Positions 37,220-48,037 are shown, numbered from the stretch's first letter. The stretch: 64,000 nucleotides of DNA from Candidatus Woesebacteria bacterium (GCA_963784785.1 CAWASW010000007.1:66394-130393), one strand, 5' to 3'. Numbers and translations: made by a program. The notes: generated from the letters alone by a model not told the origin.

Positions 37220-39199
37220 CTATTCTTTTTCACCCTCGGCTACAGGTTTTTTCCATGAAGCATATTTACATTCTGGATAACGAGAGCATCCAAAGAAGTT
37301 TCCTCTTTTTGCTTTTTTGACTATCACGTCCCCTTCTTTACAATCTGGGCATTTCACTCCTACTTTATCCAAAAACTTTTCTGTATGCTTACATTCTGGG
37401 AAAAGAGAGCATGAGATAAACTTGCCAAATCTTCCTGTTCTTACTACTAGTTCTCCATCTGCACAGTCTGGGCAATGTTTGCCTAATTTCTCTGTTTCTA
37501 TTTTTACCCTAACTGAATCCTTTTCTACTGCTGCTAATTTCTTAGAAAATGGCGTCCAAAATTTTTTCATTTCTTTCTGCCATTTAATTTTTCCCTCTGC
37601 AATTCTATCTAAATCTAGTTCCATCCCTGCAGTAAAACCATAGTCCATTTCGTCAGGAAAATTAGTTACCAAAAATTCTGTGACAGCAAAACCAATTGTA
37701 GTTGGGAAAAAGTTTTTCTCTTTCTTTTCTACATAAGCTCTAAGTTGAATAGTTGAAATAATTGGAGCATACGTTGAAGGCCTACCAATTCCTAATTTTT
37801 CTAATGTCTTAATCAAAGATGCTTCATTAAATCTTGCTGGTGGTTGTGTAAACTTTTGAGTTGGATCAATTTTTACTAAATCTAAATTTTCATCTTTCTT
37901 AACTTCAGGAAGCATTACAATTTCTTTGTCGATATATGAATAACCTCCGATCACAAACAATTTTCTCCAACCATCAAAGACGAGCGTCTGACCCGACGCT
38001 CTTAGGTTGTAGGTTATAGCTGATAGGTTACAGATAGCTACAACGTCGATAGATGTTTCATTGTAAAGTGCTTGGCTCATCTGACATGCAAGAAATCGCC
38101 TACGAATAAGATCGTACAATTTTTCTTCTCCATATTCGCTATTACCTATGCCCTGTCCGCTATTACCTACGTCCGTAGGACGAATAGCTTCGTGAGCTTC
38201 TTGTGCTGATTTACTTTTTGTATGATAAATTATTGCTTTTTCTGGCAAGTATTCTTTTCCATATTCTTTTTCAATAAATTTTCTAGCAACCGCCACAGCG
38301 TCAGCAGATAAATTCAAAGAATCAGTTCTGTGGTATGTAATTAAACCCTCTTCATACAATTTCTGAGCTGCAGACATAGTTTTCTTGGCACTCCAGCCAA
38401 ACATTCTTGCAGCTGCTTGAGTTAAGGTCGAAGTAGTAAACGGTGGATACGCATTTTTTCTAACTTCTCTTTTCTTAACGTCCGCTACTTTATACTTTGC
38501 AATTTCTAGATCTTTTAAAATCTTGTCAGCGGTAGCTTTGTCTTTAACCTCTTGCTTAACTAATTGCACTTTAAAGCAATCCTGTAATACTTTTGATACT
38601 TGTAATACTTGTTTTACCTGTGCATAAATTTCCCAATATTCTTCTGGCTTAAATGCTTTTATTTCATTTTCTCTATCTACTATTAAACGAACAGCAACAG
38701 ATTGAACACGACCTGCAGATAATCCTCTTCTGACCTTTTTCCACAATAGCGGCGAAAGTTTATAACCAACAAGTCTATCAAGTACACGTCTTGCAATCTG
38801 AGCATCAACAAGATTTTGATTAACAATCCCTGGATTACTAATTGCTTCTTCCACTGCCTTTTGTGTAATTTCATGGAAAGATATTCTTTTAACTATTTTT
38901 GATCTTTTTCCAATTATGAATTCGACATGCGCAGCTATTGCTTCTCCTTCTCTATCTGGATCAGAGGCAATATAAATTTCATCAGCTAGTTTTGCTTTTT
39001 TCCTAAGATCTGCAATTGTTGATTTCTTTTTGTCTATTGGCTGATAGTCAGGTAAAAAATCATTTTCAATATCAATTGAGAGTTTGCTTTTAGGAAGATC
39101 CATGATGTGACCTTTGGTTGAATCGACAAGATAGTCAGAGCCGAGAAATTTCGACAATGTTCTTGCCTTGGTTGGACTTTCGACGATGATAAACTTCAT
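37220..39199 (-). CDS. topA: DNA topoisomerase I
   Basis: Toprim N-terminus (MKFIIVESPTKARTL), catalytic region, two C-terminal C4 zinc ribbons (CPDCADGELV..., CPDCKEGDVIV...). Confidence 0.9.
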   Translation of the reverse strand: MKFIIVESPTKARTLSKFLGSDYLVDSTKGHIMDLPKSKLSIDIENDFLPDYQPIDKKKSTIADLRKKAKLADEIYIASDPDREGEAIAAHVEFIIGKRSKIVKRISFHEITQKAVEEAISNPGIVNQNLVDAQIARRVLDRLVGYKLSPLLWKKVRRGLSAGRVQSVAVRLIVDRENEIKAFKPEEYWEIYAQVKQVLQVSKVLQDCFKVQLVKQEVKDKATADKILKDLEIAKYKVADVKKREVRKNAYPPFTTSTLTQAAARMFGWSAKKTMSAAQKLYEEGLITYHRTDSLNLSADAVAVARKFIEKEYGKEYLPEKAIIYHTKSKSAQEAHEAIRPTDVGNSGQGIGNSEYGEEKLYDLIRRRFLACQMSQALYNETSIDVVAICNLSAITYNLRASGQTLVFDGWRKLFVIGGYSYIDKEIVMLPEVKKDENLDLVKIDPTQKFTQPPARFNEASLIKTLEKLGIGRPSTYAPIISTIQLRAYVEKKEKNFFPTTIGFAVTEFLVTNFPDEMDYGFTAGMELDLDRIAEGKIKWQKEMKKFWTPFSKKLAAVEKDSVRVKIETEKLGKHCPDCADGELVVRTGRFGKFISCSLFPECKHTEKFLDKVGVKCPDCKEGDVIVKKAKRGNFFGCSRYPECKYASWKKPVAEGEKE

Positions 39200-39285
39200 G
39201 GGTTAATTTTTAATTTCTAATTTTTAATTTCTAATCAATTTCTAATTACTAATTAATAAAATAAATATTCAGTAAAAACTAAGAA

Positions 39286-39864
39286 TTAAGAACTAAAAAT
39301 TTTGTTAATGTAGTTTATTATTGTTTTTGGCTCATGTACAGCAGTAGCTCCATTTTCAATTAAATAATCCGTTGCTTCTGATCCCGCAATAGCGAAGACT
39401 TCAGTATCTTCATTTGCTGCATGGTTGGCGGTGGAGATTGTACCAGACCTTCTTTTTCCTTCAATAACCAAAACTGCTTGCGATAGTTTTACAATTAGCT
39501 GATTTCTGGCCAAAAAGTTTTTTGGTAATGGCTCTGTTCCCTCTGGAAAACCCGATACAACAGCACCATTTTTTGAAATTTGTTCCGCTAAATTTTTATT
39601 TTCTGGTGGATAAATAATATCAAGGCCTGAACCAATTACTGCTATAGTTCTACCTCCATATTTTAAAGCCGTCTCATGAGCCACAGTATCTATCCCTCGA
39701 GCGAGTCCTGATACTATTGTAATATTATTTTTAACAAGTTCTTTTACAAATTCCTCAGTTAATTTTCTACCTCTTGCTGACATTTCTCTTGACCCCACCA
39801 CAGCCACCGCCCTTTTGTCTTGTTCTTTTAATTCTCCTAAAATGTATAAGCAAAAATCATTCAT
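39286..39864 (-). CDS. dprA: DNA processing protein DprA (Rossmann domain only)
   Basis: VVGSREMSARG...IVSGLARGIDTVAHE...GSGLDIIYP motifs. Confidence 0.8.
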   Translation of the reverse strand: MNDFCLYILGELKEQDKRAVAVVGSREMSARGRKLTEEFVKELVKNNITIVSGLARGIDTVAHETALKYGGRTIAVIGSGLDIIYPPENKNLAEQISKNGAVVSGFPEGTEPLPKNFLARNQLIVKLSQAVLVIEGKRRSGTISTANHAANEDTEVFAIAGSEATDYLIENGATAVHEPKTIINYINKIFSS

Positions 39865-40624
39865 AAATCGTTTTCCATAGCTTTATAAAAACTTCATCGA
39901 AATCTGCTTTCTTAACTGGATGCTTTTTATCTAACGAATAAGATTTGTAATTCGCAAAAACTTTTCTTAGTACATCTCTAGATTCTCTCACTACACATTG
40001 GTCTTTATTAAAATCTACAAAGATAGTTGGTACATTTGTAGCAAAATCGACTGGTATTTTGTATTTTAGTGTCGATAACCACTGCATGTTTAATTCTTTT
40101 AAATTTTTGTTAGGAATATATGACACTTTACGTATTAAATTTCTAATTAATTGCATAAGCAACTTGAAATTACCTATTAAATCAAAGAAAGATATAAGGA
40201 GTTTACGTAAATTATTACTGTAATATCGTCCTGATGCAATTAATATTATTTTTTTGTATTTTTTATCGTCATTTCTAATCAACTGAGTTGCTATCTGCGT
40301 ACCGTAAGAAAAACCAATTAAATTTAAGTTATCCAATTTTAATACATTAATAAATTGAGCAACAGTTTCAGATGTTGAATTTATAGAGTTATCAAGTTGA
40401 GGTAAAGAATAACCTCTCCCTGGATAATCTGGGCAAATCCACAAATCTCTTGAATCGAAATATCTTTCAAAATTTTTAAAAAACTTACCAGAATGAGAGC
40501 CGGGGGCTAAAAGCAAACAAGTTCTTCTTGGGTTCTTGATACCATTTGACCAGTATCCAAACTGCTGACCGTTTATTTTAGTTTTATGTAATTTTAGTTT
40601 AATCATTTTTAAAATATTCGTCAA
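39857..40624 (-). CDS. Alpha/beta-hydrolase-fold protein
   Basis: Nucleophile-elbow GFSYG and overall length. Confidence 0.55.
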   Translation of the reverse strand: MTNILKMIKLKLHKTKINGQQFGYWSNGIKNPRRTCLLLAPGSHSGKFFKNFERYFDSRDLWICPDYPGRGYSLPQLDNSINSTSETVAQFINVLKLDNLNLIGFSYGTQIATQLIRNDDKKYKKIILIASGRYYSNNLRKLLISFFDLIGNFKLLMQLIRNLIRKVSYIPNKNLKELNMQWLSTLKYKIPVDFATNVPTIFVDFNKDQCVVRESRDVLRKVFANYKSYSLDKKHPVKKADFDEVFIKLWKTIYE

Positions 40625-42086
40625 AAATTTTTCTTGCTATTGGGCCGGCGACCTTACTCCCTTCACCTGATTTTTCAACCATGACAGTTAATGTAATTTC
40701 AGGATTTTCAATTGGAGCAAAACTGAAAAACCATGCATGTGTTTTGTCATCTTCATTTGTTTCTGCAGTTCCTGTTTTACAAGCAGCTTCAAGTCCATTA
40801 TGCTTCTCAGCGAAGTCAAAAAAAGTAAACCCTGTCCCTCCTGTTTGGCAAGCCTTCTTCATTCCTTCTTTTACTAAACCGATATTTTCTGATTCTATTT
40901 TTAAGTCCACACATTTTGTTTTGCCAACTATTTTTAAGTCACATAGCTTTCCACCATTTACTACTGCTAAGTCCGCTCTATGTATTCCTACTGCAGTTAG
41001 TGCCAAGTCCCCTTGTCCAATCGAAAAATGATAAGTATTACCCAAGAACCATTTTTCTTTTTTTACTTTTTCTTTCCAATCTGGTGATGGAACTAAAGAC
41101 AAGACTTCACCATTCATATCAATATCAGTGAGTTTGGTAAGACCAAATCTCTTCATCCAATCAACCAAGCCATTAATACCAACCGCTTCCCCAATTTTAT
41201 AAAAAAAGGTATCAGTTGAACGAGCTAACGCTTTAGTTAGATCAATCTCGCCTTCTCTTCCACCATACTGAGTAAAGTACCAATTTGAATAGGAATAGTT
41301 ACCATAGATAGACTCTGTAGTTACGACACCAGTATCAATATATCTAAAGTCTTTGTCTATCTTTTTTTCTTCCAAGGCAGCTATTGTTACAAGGGGTTTA
41401 AAAATAGAACCAGGATGATATAGTCCCCCAATTGCACGATTAAAAAGTGGCAACTCAGGATTTGTAAGAGATGGTCTTATATCATCTGGATTATAAGTAG
41501 GTGAAGAAAAAAGCGCTAAAATCTGACCATTTTTGTCGGTTGCTACAACTGATCCAAGTTTACCAATCATTTCTTTTGCAACTGTTTTTTGCAAATTGTA
41601 ATCAATATTGGTTTTTACGTCAGTTCCTACAATTGGCTTTCTAATTCCAATTGTTCTAATTTTTTTGCCTTGGCTATTTACTTCAATTAGCTCCTCGCCA
41701 TCTATGCCAGTTAATATACAATTATATTCCTGTTGTAATCCGCCACGACCAACGACCTGACCTAATTTGTATGTTCCTTTATCAATACATTTTGGATCAA
41801 TTTTTCCAACTTCAGACTCATTAGTTTCTTGTAGGTAACCAGTGATATGGGCAAAATCAGGTCCATTTAAGTATTCTCCACCTCGTGCTAAAATTTTCCC
41901 TCTTTCAGCTTTTATTTTAATTCTATCTATTCTATTTCCTTCTGATAGATTTCTGTAAAACTCGCCTTTTATTATTTGGAGCTCAAAAAGTCTGGCTATT
42001 AAAATTAATAATCCAAGAATCAAAATGCCCCTCAAAAACCAAGAAAACCACGAATCATGTTTTGAGGATGTCGCAAGCGTTTGCAT
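40599..42086 (-). CDS. Class B penicillin-binding protein (PBP2/FtsI-type transpeptidase)
   Basis: N-terminal TM, SxxK (GSIFKP) and KTG (KTGTA) motifs; encoded immediately after mreB. Confidence 0.8.
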   Translation of the reverse strand: MQTLATSSKHDSWFSWFLRGILILGLLILIARLFELQIIKGEFYRNLSEGNRIDRIKIKAERGKILARGGEYLNGPDFAHITGYLQETNESEVGKIDPKCIDKGTYKLGQVVGRGGLQQEYNCILTGIDGEELIEVNSQGKKIRTIGIRKPIVGTDVKTNIDYNLQKTVAKEMIGKLGSVVATDKNGQILALFSSPTYNPDDIRPSLTNPELPLFNRAIGGLYHPGSIFKPLVTIAALEEKKIDKDFRYIDTGVVTTESIYGNYSYSNWYFTQYGGREGEIDLTKALARSTDTFFYKIGEAVGINGLVDWMKRFGLTKLTDIDMNGEVLSLVPSPDWKEKVKKEKWFLGNTYHFSIGQGDLALTAVGIHRADLAVVNGGKLCDLKIVGKTKCVDLKIESENIGLVKEGMKKACQTGGTGFTFFDFAEKHNGLEAACKTGTAETNEDDKTHAWFFSFAPIENPEITLTVMVEKSGEGSKVAGPIARKIFDEYFKND

Positions 42087-42104
42087 ATCTACATAATACC
42101 AGAA

Positions 42105-43277
42105 TTATTTAAGACCTTTTGTAATCCTGATTTTGGAAAGAAGTGAGGGATTTGTAAGTAAATTTCCACAACCTCTGACAACACAGGTCAATGGATCTTC
42201 TGCAATGTGAACTGGCATTTTTGTTGCATCTGCTATTGCTTTATCTATACCATGAATTAATGCCCCGCCTCCTGCAATATAAATTCCTTTTTCCATAATA
42301 TCTGATATTAATTCTGGTGGCGTTTCCTCTAAAGTATCTGATATTCCCGTTATAATCTCATGAATTATTGGGCCCAATGCTTCTCTTATTTCTCCTTCAG
42401 TTAATTTTACTGATCTTGGAAGTCCAGTTTCCAGATCTCGTCCTCTAATAACATGCACTTTTAATCTTTTAGGAACAGACTCTTCATAAGCAGTGGCAGA
42501 ACCAATTGAAATTTTGACTGCTTCAGCCGACGGCTGGCCCAACAATACAGAATATTTTAATTTAACATAATTTATTATTGCTTCATCCATTTCATCCCCC
42601 GCAACTCTTAGTGATCTGCCAATTACAATTCCTCCAAGCGAAATCACTGCAATTTCGGAGGTCCCTCCACCGATATCAACTATGAAATTACCTTCTGGAG
42701 AATCGACATCAAGGCCAGCTCCAATTGCAGCTGCCATTGGTTCCTCTATTAAATCAGCACGTCTTGCACCAGCGTCAACTGCAGCGTCAGCTACGGCTCT
42801 TCTTTCTACTTCTGTCACTCCAGATGGTATCCCTATAACAACGTGGGGCCTTGGAATACGAGGGACATTTCCACCTGTCTCGTGAACTTTCTTTATATAG
42901 TATGTAAGTATTGATGAAGCTGCATCAAAATCAGCAATCACACCATCTCTGAGTGGTCGGACAACCTCAATAGTTGAAGGAGCACGACCAATCATCTTTT
43001 TTGCAGACAATCCAATTGCCAAAATTTCTTTTGTTTTTTTGTTTCTGGCTACAGCAGAAGGTTCACGTACAGCGACACCTTTATTCTTTATAAAGACAAG
43101 AGTATTTGCAGTTCCTAAATCAATTCCTAAATCAGTTGAAAAATAGCCAAAGATTAGATCTATTGGATTTGGTATACTTTTGAAAACTGACATGATTCCA
43201 GTAATTTTTAACATATTATTTTTTATAATTCCGCTAGTTTTCTTAAAAAACACATCTGAACTTTTTGAATTCAACAA
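42105..43277 (-). CDS. mreB: Rod-shape-determining protein MreB (annotated start gives a ~40-aa N-terminal extension; true start probably internal)
   Basis: Actin-fold motifs GIDLGTANT, DIGGGTSE. Confidence 0.9.
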   Translation of the reverse strand: MLNSKSSDVFFKKTSGIIKNNMLKITGIMSVFKSIPNPIDLIFGYFSTDLGIDLGTANTLVFIKNKGVAVREPSAVARNKKTKEILAIGLSAKKMIGRAPSTIEVVRPLRDGVIADFDAASSILTYYIKKVHETGGNVPRIPRPHVVIGIPSGVTEVERRAVADAAVDAGARRADLIEEPMAAAIGAGLDVDSPEGNFIVDIGGGTSEIAVISLGGIVIGRSLRVAGDEMDEAIINYVKLKYSVLLGQPSAEAVKISIGSATAYEESVPKRLKVHVIRGRDLETGLPRSVKLTEGEIREALGPIIHEIITGISDTLEETPPELISDIMEKGIYIAGGGALIHGIDKAIADATKMPVHIAEDPLTCVVRGCGNLLTNPSLLSKIRITKGLK

Positions 43278-45192
43278 GATTGTAACACTTTACGCCTTTA
43301 CAGCCTTGATTGTATCAGCTTGGGCAATACAGTCAATTCGAATTAAAAAGTTTATATTTAAAAAAACAATTTTAGATATTCCCCTAGTTATCTATTTATC
43401 TATTTATTTAACCAGCTCTCTATTGTCAATCGATCCAAGAACATCATGGCTTGGTTACTATTCAAGGTTTAATGGAGGTTTAGTTTCGCAAATTTGCTAT
43501 GCGTTACTTTATTGGGCCTTCGTCTCACACATGTCAGCGAAGCAGTCCCTATACGCTATACGCTATTCCCTAATCTCTACAGCAATCGCCGCAGCTATGG
43601 CTGTCGTAGAGCATTACGGGATATTTACTACCTGCGGGATAATGGGATTTGGTTACAGAGAATCTTGCTGGGTCCAAGATGTACAAAATAGAGTTTTTTC
43701 AACACTTGGTCAACCTAATTGGCTGGCAGCAACGATCACTGCGTTAATACCAATGACTTGGTATTTCGCAATTTTTGATTTTAAATTTTTAATTTTTAAT
43801 AAATTGAATTCAAATTTTAAATTTCAAATTTCAAATTTAATCTGGCTTGTTATTTCAATGCTATTTTTTGTCACGTTGCTGTTTACCAAATCTCGATCAG
43901 GGCTACTTGCTTTTGGGATTGAAGCAATTGTCTTCTGGGGATTTTTATTTTTAAGAGAGAAAAATAAGTATTTAAAAGAATTTATATTTATCTTTTTATC
44001 ATTTAATTTTTTAGCATTTATATTTTGGTTTTTACCAAGCATCCAATTAACTAACAACCAAGCTTCTGTTTCAAGTGGCCCCGCCCTTGAGACCGGGGGT
44101 ACTGAATCTGGAACTATTCGTAAAGATGTTTGGCTTGGTGCGATTGAAGTTTTTAAACACTATCCTATTCTTGGAACTGGACCAGAGACTTTTGCTTTTA
44201 GTTTCCCTATGTATAAACCAGTCGAACACAACTTAACTTCTGAATGGGATTTCATTTACAACAAAGCACACAATGAATATCTAAACCTGCTTGCAAATGT
44301 CGGGGTCCTTGGCTTTCTTTCATATTCATTATTAATATTAGTATCAATAAAACAAATCGCAGGTAATTTACAATTTACAATTTACAATTTACATTCAATT
44401 TCTAATTTGAAAATTAACAAAAATGAAAATTCATTGATAATTGATAATTGGAAATTGAGAATTGGATTGCTTTCCGGTTATATTGCAATCCTCGTTACTA
44501 ATTTTTTTGGATTTTCTGTAGTTCCTGTATCACTTTTATTTTTTCTATTTCCTGCGTTAACAGTACAAAGTACACAGTACGAGGTACTTAGTAATGGCAG
44601 ATCAAAGCTCGACGTAAGTCAGGTGATTGGTGTTATCTTTGTACTATGTACTATGTCCTATGTACTATTTTGCATAGCAAAATATTGGCAGGCTGATGTT
44701 TACTACAACAAATCAAATTTTGACAAAGCTATTTCAATTTCTCCAAACGAACCAAACTACATTTCAAAATTAGCCCTATCCGATAACTCAGTCGAAACAG
44801 CGTTAAAAGCGGTTGAAATGAACCCTTATAACCAAAACTCTCGAAAAATTTTAATCAGTAATTTAGTCAAGAGTTCGACTAAGGACTCAAACGGTATGAA
44901 ACTTGCTGAAGCAGTCATCAAAAATGGTATTTTATTATCACCAAACGATCCAAGACTTTACTATCAATTAGGCATTTTACAATTAAGAATTGGTGAACAA
45001 AAAAGTGGAATCGATAGTCTAATTAAGTCAACTTTACTCAAACCAAACTATAAAGAAGCAAGATTTGCACTTGGCGCCACTTATTTAGATGTTAAAGAGT
45101 TTTCTAAAGCAAAAATTGAACTTGAATACATACTGAAGAATATCGACCCAAATGACGAGTTGACTAAAAACTATTTGAAAGAACTATTGTAG
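43180..45192 (+). CDS. O-antigen-ligase (Wzy_C)-like polytopic membrane protein with C-terminal TPR repeats
   Basis: Multiple TMs; KAHNEYLNLLANVGVLGF matches the Wzy_C core; C-terminal TPR-like helices; its 5' end overlaps the annotated mreB start on the other strand. Confidence 0.6.
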   Translation: MKTDMIPVIFNILFFIIPLVFLKNTSELFEFNKIVTLYAFTALIVSAWAIQSIRIKKFIFKKTILDIPLVIYLSIYLTSSLLSIDPRTSWLGYYSRFNGGLVSQICYALLYWAFVSHMSAKQSLYAIRYSLISTAIAAAMAVVEHYGIFTTCGIMGFGYRESCWVQDVQNRVFSTLGQPNWLAATITALIPMTWYFAIFDFKFLIFNKLNSNFKFQISNLIWLVISMLFFVTLLFTKSRSGLLAFGIEAIVFWGFLFLREKNKYLKEFIFIFLSFNFLAFIFWFLPSIQLTNNQASVSSGPALETGGTESGTIRKDVWLGAIEVFKHYPILGTGPETFAFSFPMYKPVEHNLTSEWDFIYNKAHNEYLNLLANVGVLGFLSYSLLILVSIKQIAGNLQFTIYNLHSISNLKINKNENSLIIDNWKLRIGLLSGYIAILVTNFFGFSVVPVSLLFFLFPALTVQSTQYEVLSNGRSKLDVSQVIGVIFVLCTMSYVLFCIAKYWQADVYYNKSNFDKAISISPNEPNYISKLALSDNSVETALKAVEMNPYNQNSRKILISNLVKSSTKDSNGMKLAEAVIKNGILLSPNDPRLYYQLGILQLRIGEQKSGIDSLIKSTLLKPNYKEARFALGATYLDVKEFSKAKIELEYILKNIDPNDELTKNYLKELL

Positions 45193-45216
45193 CCTCAAAA
45201 ATGGTACAATATACGT

Positions 45217-45774
45217 ATGGTACAGAAAATTATACAGTCTGGAGAGAAAAAACTAAGGGAAGTAAGTAAGCCAATCGAAAAAATAGATAAAAAGATTGCA
45301 AAACTTGTTCAGGACTTACGAGATACACTGGCTGTTCAAAAAGATCCTGAAGGAGTTGGTCTTGCTGCTCCTCAAATAGGTATAAATTTAAGAGCTTTTG
45401 CTGTCGATTTTAAAGAATTAAAAAGAATAATAATTAATCCAGAGATAATAAGCAAAGCTTGGCCCTCTGGGCTAGAAAAAAAGAAAAAGCCCCACTCCGC
45501 CAAGGCTTCGAGGGGCAAGAGTGAAATTCTTGAAGGGTGTTTGTCACTTCCCCACTATTACGGACCATTGAAAAGAGAAGACTATGTAAAATTAAAATAT
45601 CTAGATGAAAACGGGAAAGAGATCATAGAAGAATTCAAAGATTTTAATGCTCAAATAATCTTGCATGAAGTTGATCATTTAAATGGGTTTTTATTTATAG
45701 ACAGGCTATTGGAACAAAAGAAGAAACTATACAAGTTAGATAGTAGTGATGAATGGGAGGAGGTGGAGATATAG
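45217..45774 (+). CDS. def: Peptide deformylase
   Basis: GVGLAAPQIG, EGCLS, HEVDHLNG motifs. Confidence 0.9.
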   Translation: MVQKIIQSGEKKLREVSKPIEKIDKKIAKLVQDLRDTLAVQKDPEGVGLAAPQIGINLRAFAVDFKELKRIIINPEIISKAWPSGLEKKKKPHSAKASRGKSEILEGCLSLPHYYGPLKREDYVKLKYLDENGKEIIEEFKDFNAQIILHEVDHLNGFLFIDRLLEQKKKLYKLDSSDEWEEVEI

Positions 45775-45780
45775 AGAATT

Positions 45781-45851
45781 AGACAAATAGTAAACTAGAT
45801 GAATAGTTTTGTTCTATCTAGTTATCTAATAATCTAGTTATCTAGTATTCT
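45781..45851 (+). repeat. Conserved upstream element (family copy A), ending at the fmt start codon
   Basis: aaactagatgaatagtttt identical to copy B; followed by tatctaataatcta. Confidence 0.6.
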
Positions 45852-46760
45852 ATGAAGCTGATCTTTTTTGGAACACCAGATTATGTAATTCCAGTTCTGG
45901 AAAAGTTACACAAGTACCATGAAATTGTAGCTGTTGTTACTCAATCTCCAAAGCCTATGGGGAGGGAAAAAACTCTTAGTTACTCTGCAGTTGATGCATG
46001 GGCATTTAAAAAACATATTCCAAGAAACTTTGATTACGTTGATCTACCTGAGGCTGACATGGGAGTCTGTGCGTCTTTTGGGATGATTATTCCTCAAGTT
46101 ATTTTAGACAAGTTTAAATATGGAATATTAGTAATTCATCCGTCACTACTACCACAATTTAGGTGGAGCAACCCAATTAGAGCAACACTTATCACCGGCA
46201 CAAATCCAACTGGGGTGACAATAATTAAAATGAATGACAAATGGGACGAAGGACCAATTCTAACCCAATTTAAAGAGGAAGTATTACCTGATGATACCAA
46301 CGAGACGCTACGAGAAAGACTATTTAAAAAATCTGCTGATGTTCTTTTGGAGATGATACCTGCCTATGTCGACGGAAAAATTAAATTAAAAAAACAAGAT
46401 AGCAAAAAAGCTACATATGCAAAAATGATTTCCAAAAACGATGCTTTCATTCCTTCTGTTTATCTCAAGAACGCGATGGAAATTAACGATTCTAAAGAGT
46501 CTTGGAATATTCCGTTTATAATAAATTATTCAGTTATACCTAATGCAAATTTATTAGATAGATTTATAAAAGCCATGAGCTTCTGGCCTGTGGCTTGGTC
46601 TAAATTAGAAATAAGAGGTCAAGAAAAAAGAATAAAAATAATTAGTGCACATATAAACTCTGAGTCTGGATACTTGGAACTTGATGAAGTTCAACTTGAA
46701 GGCAAAAAGCCAACTACATGGAAACAATTCAAAGGTGCATATGGAATTGAAAGATTCTAA
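45852..46760 (+). CDS. fmt: Methionyl-tRNA formyltransferase
   Basis: N-terminal formyltransferase domain (IFFGTP..., IHPSLLP); follows def. Confidence 0.85.
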   Translation: MKLIFFGTPDYVIPVLEKLHKYHEIVAVVTQSPKPMGREKTLSYSAVDAWAFKKHIPRNFDYVDLPEADMGVCASFGMIIPQVILDKFKYGILVIHPSLLPQFRWSNPIRATLITGTNPTGVTIIKMNDKWDEGPILTQFKEEVLPDDTNETLRERLFKKSADVLLEMIPAYVDGKIKLKKQDSKKATYAKMISKNDAFIPSVYLKNAMEINDSKESWNIPFIINYSVIPNANLLDRFIKAMSFWPVAWSKLEIRGQEKRIKIISAHINSESGYLELDEVQLEGKKPTTWKQFKGAYGIERF

Positions 46761-46774
46761 CTGAAGTTAATTAA

Positions 46775-46972
46775 TTAAGCCTCTTTGATCTTAAGTCGTT
46801 TTATACAAGCAGTACATAGCTTTTGGCCATGCCACTTTTGAATATTTGGTTCAAAAGTTCTTTTTGTTTCTTGAGCTCTTTTCTTCCATCTTTTTCCAGC
46901 AACACCACGCCCGTGAGTCTGTGAAGACCCGAACATTGTTTTCTTTAAGCAATTATCGCAAGTAAATGACAT
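46775..46972 (-). CDS. rpmB: 50S ribosomal protein L28 (probable)
   Basis: C..C...G...H......TKRTFEPNIQK resembles the L28 pattern (TKRRFLPNL). Confidence 0.6.
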   Translation of the reverse strand: MSFTCDNCLKKTMFGSSQTHGRGVAGKRWKKRAQETKRTFEPNIQKWHGQKLCTACIKRLKIKEA

Positions 46973-47043
46973 AGTTTAATTAAAAATTAATAGTTAACAG
47001 TTAAAAATGAATTATTAATTATTCACTGTTAACTCTGAACTCT

Positions 47044-47694
47044 ATGGATTATACTAGTAAATACACTATTTCTCAATATATGATTATTATCTGGATTTTA
47101 GCCTTCATTGTAGCAATCACAATTCATGAAGCATCTCATGCATGGATGGCTGACCGTTTGGGAGATCCTACCGCTCGTCTTATGGGTAGATTATCTTTAA
47201 ATCCCCTAGTACATTACGATCCAATCGGAACAACACTTTTACTTGGACTGTCAATTATGAGAGCCATGGGAGCTCCTGTTATCCCATTTGGCTGGGCCAA
47301 ACCTGTTGAATTTGATCCATATAATCTGAAAAATCCAAGGCGTGATTCAGCCCTAATTTCGTTTGCAGGCCCTGCTTCAAATTTAATTATTGCTTTAGTT
47401 ATTTCACTAATAGGAAGAATAAATCCCCTATTATCTCTATTTGCAGTTCCTTTTATAATTCTAAACGTTTCACTTGCAATTTTTAACCTTGTTCCAATTC
47501 ATCCATTAGATGGCGGAAAGATACTTATAGGTATACTACCTGCAAAATATGCTTATGATGTAGAAAATTTCTTAAGTAGATTCGGAACAATACTGCTCTT
47601 TATGCTAATACTGCCAACCTTTGGAGGCTCATCTTTAATTTCACAATTTATATCTCCTGTTATTAATTTCTTTTTACTTCTTCTCATTCCCTAG
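47044..47694 (+). CDS. M50-family membrane zinc metalloprotease (SpoIVFB/site-2 protease-like)
   Basis: HEASHA zinc motif inside a TM helix; a second conserved motif NLVPIHPLDGGK. Confidence 0.75.
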   Translation: MDYTSKYTISQYMIIIWILAFIVAITIHEASHAWMADRLGDPTARLMGRLSLNPLVHYDPIGTTLLLGLSIMRAMGAPVIPFGWAKPVEFDPYNLKNPRRDSALISFAGPASNLIIALVISLIGRINPLLSLFAVPFIILNVSLAIFNLVPIHPLDGGKILIGILPAKYAYDVENFLSRFGTILLFMLILPTFGGSSLISQFISPVINFFLLLLIP

Positions 47695-47953
47695 TCCCGA
47701 TTGTATCGGGATTGATTCATCTGATACAATGTATATGGTCCTGTTTGATTAGTGTTTTAGTCAGATTTTCCTGACTAAATCTATGAATTGGGAGGATGCG
47801 TTTGATAATCGTTCGCGATTATTGACAGTCCACCCACCTGAAGCAATTCAGGAAATTCACTGAGGCACTTTTCAGATGGGACCATTTTTGTATTAAAAAC
47901 GTATTATATTTGATATGAGATTCAACATTAAAAATGTTATAATTCCATTGTTC

Positions 47954-48025
47954 GCCGGCGTAGCTCAGTGGTAGAGCAGAACTTTTGTAAAGTTAAGGTC
48001 GGGGGTCCAAATCCTCCCGTCGGCT
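47954..48025 (+). tRNA. tRNA-Thr (anticodon UGU)
   Basis: Manual cloverleaf: 7-bp acceptor gccggcg/cgtcggc, D-arm tagctcagtggtagagca, anticodon loop ttTGTaa, T-arm ggggg-tccaaat-cctcc; preceded by an extended -10 tgttataat. Confidence 0.85.
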
Positions 48026-48037
48026 CAGATACGATAC

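Noticed and set aside
39200-39285. taatttctaattt-type low-complexity direct repeats between topA and dprA, and similar stretches at 9800-9900
   Set aside because: They are AT-rich simple sequence typical of intergenic spacers in this genome. They have no defined unit conservation or pairing partner.
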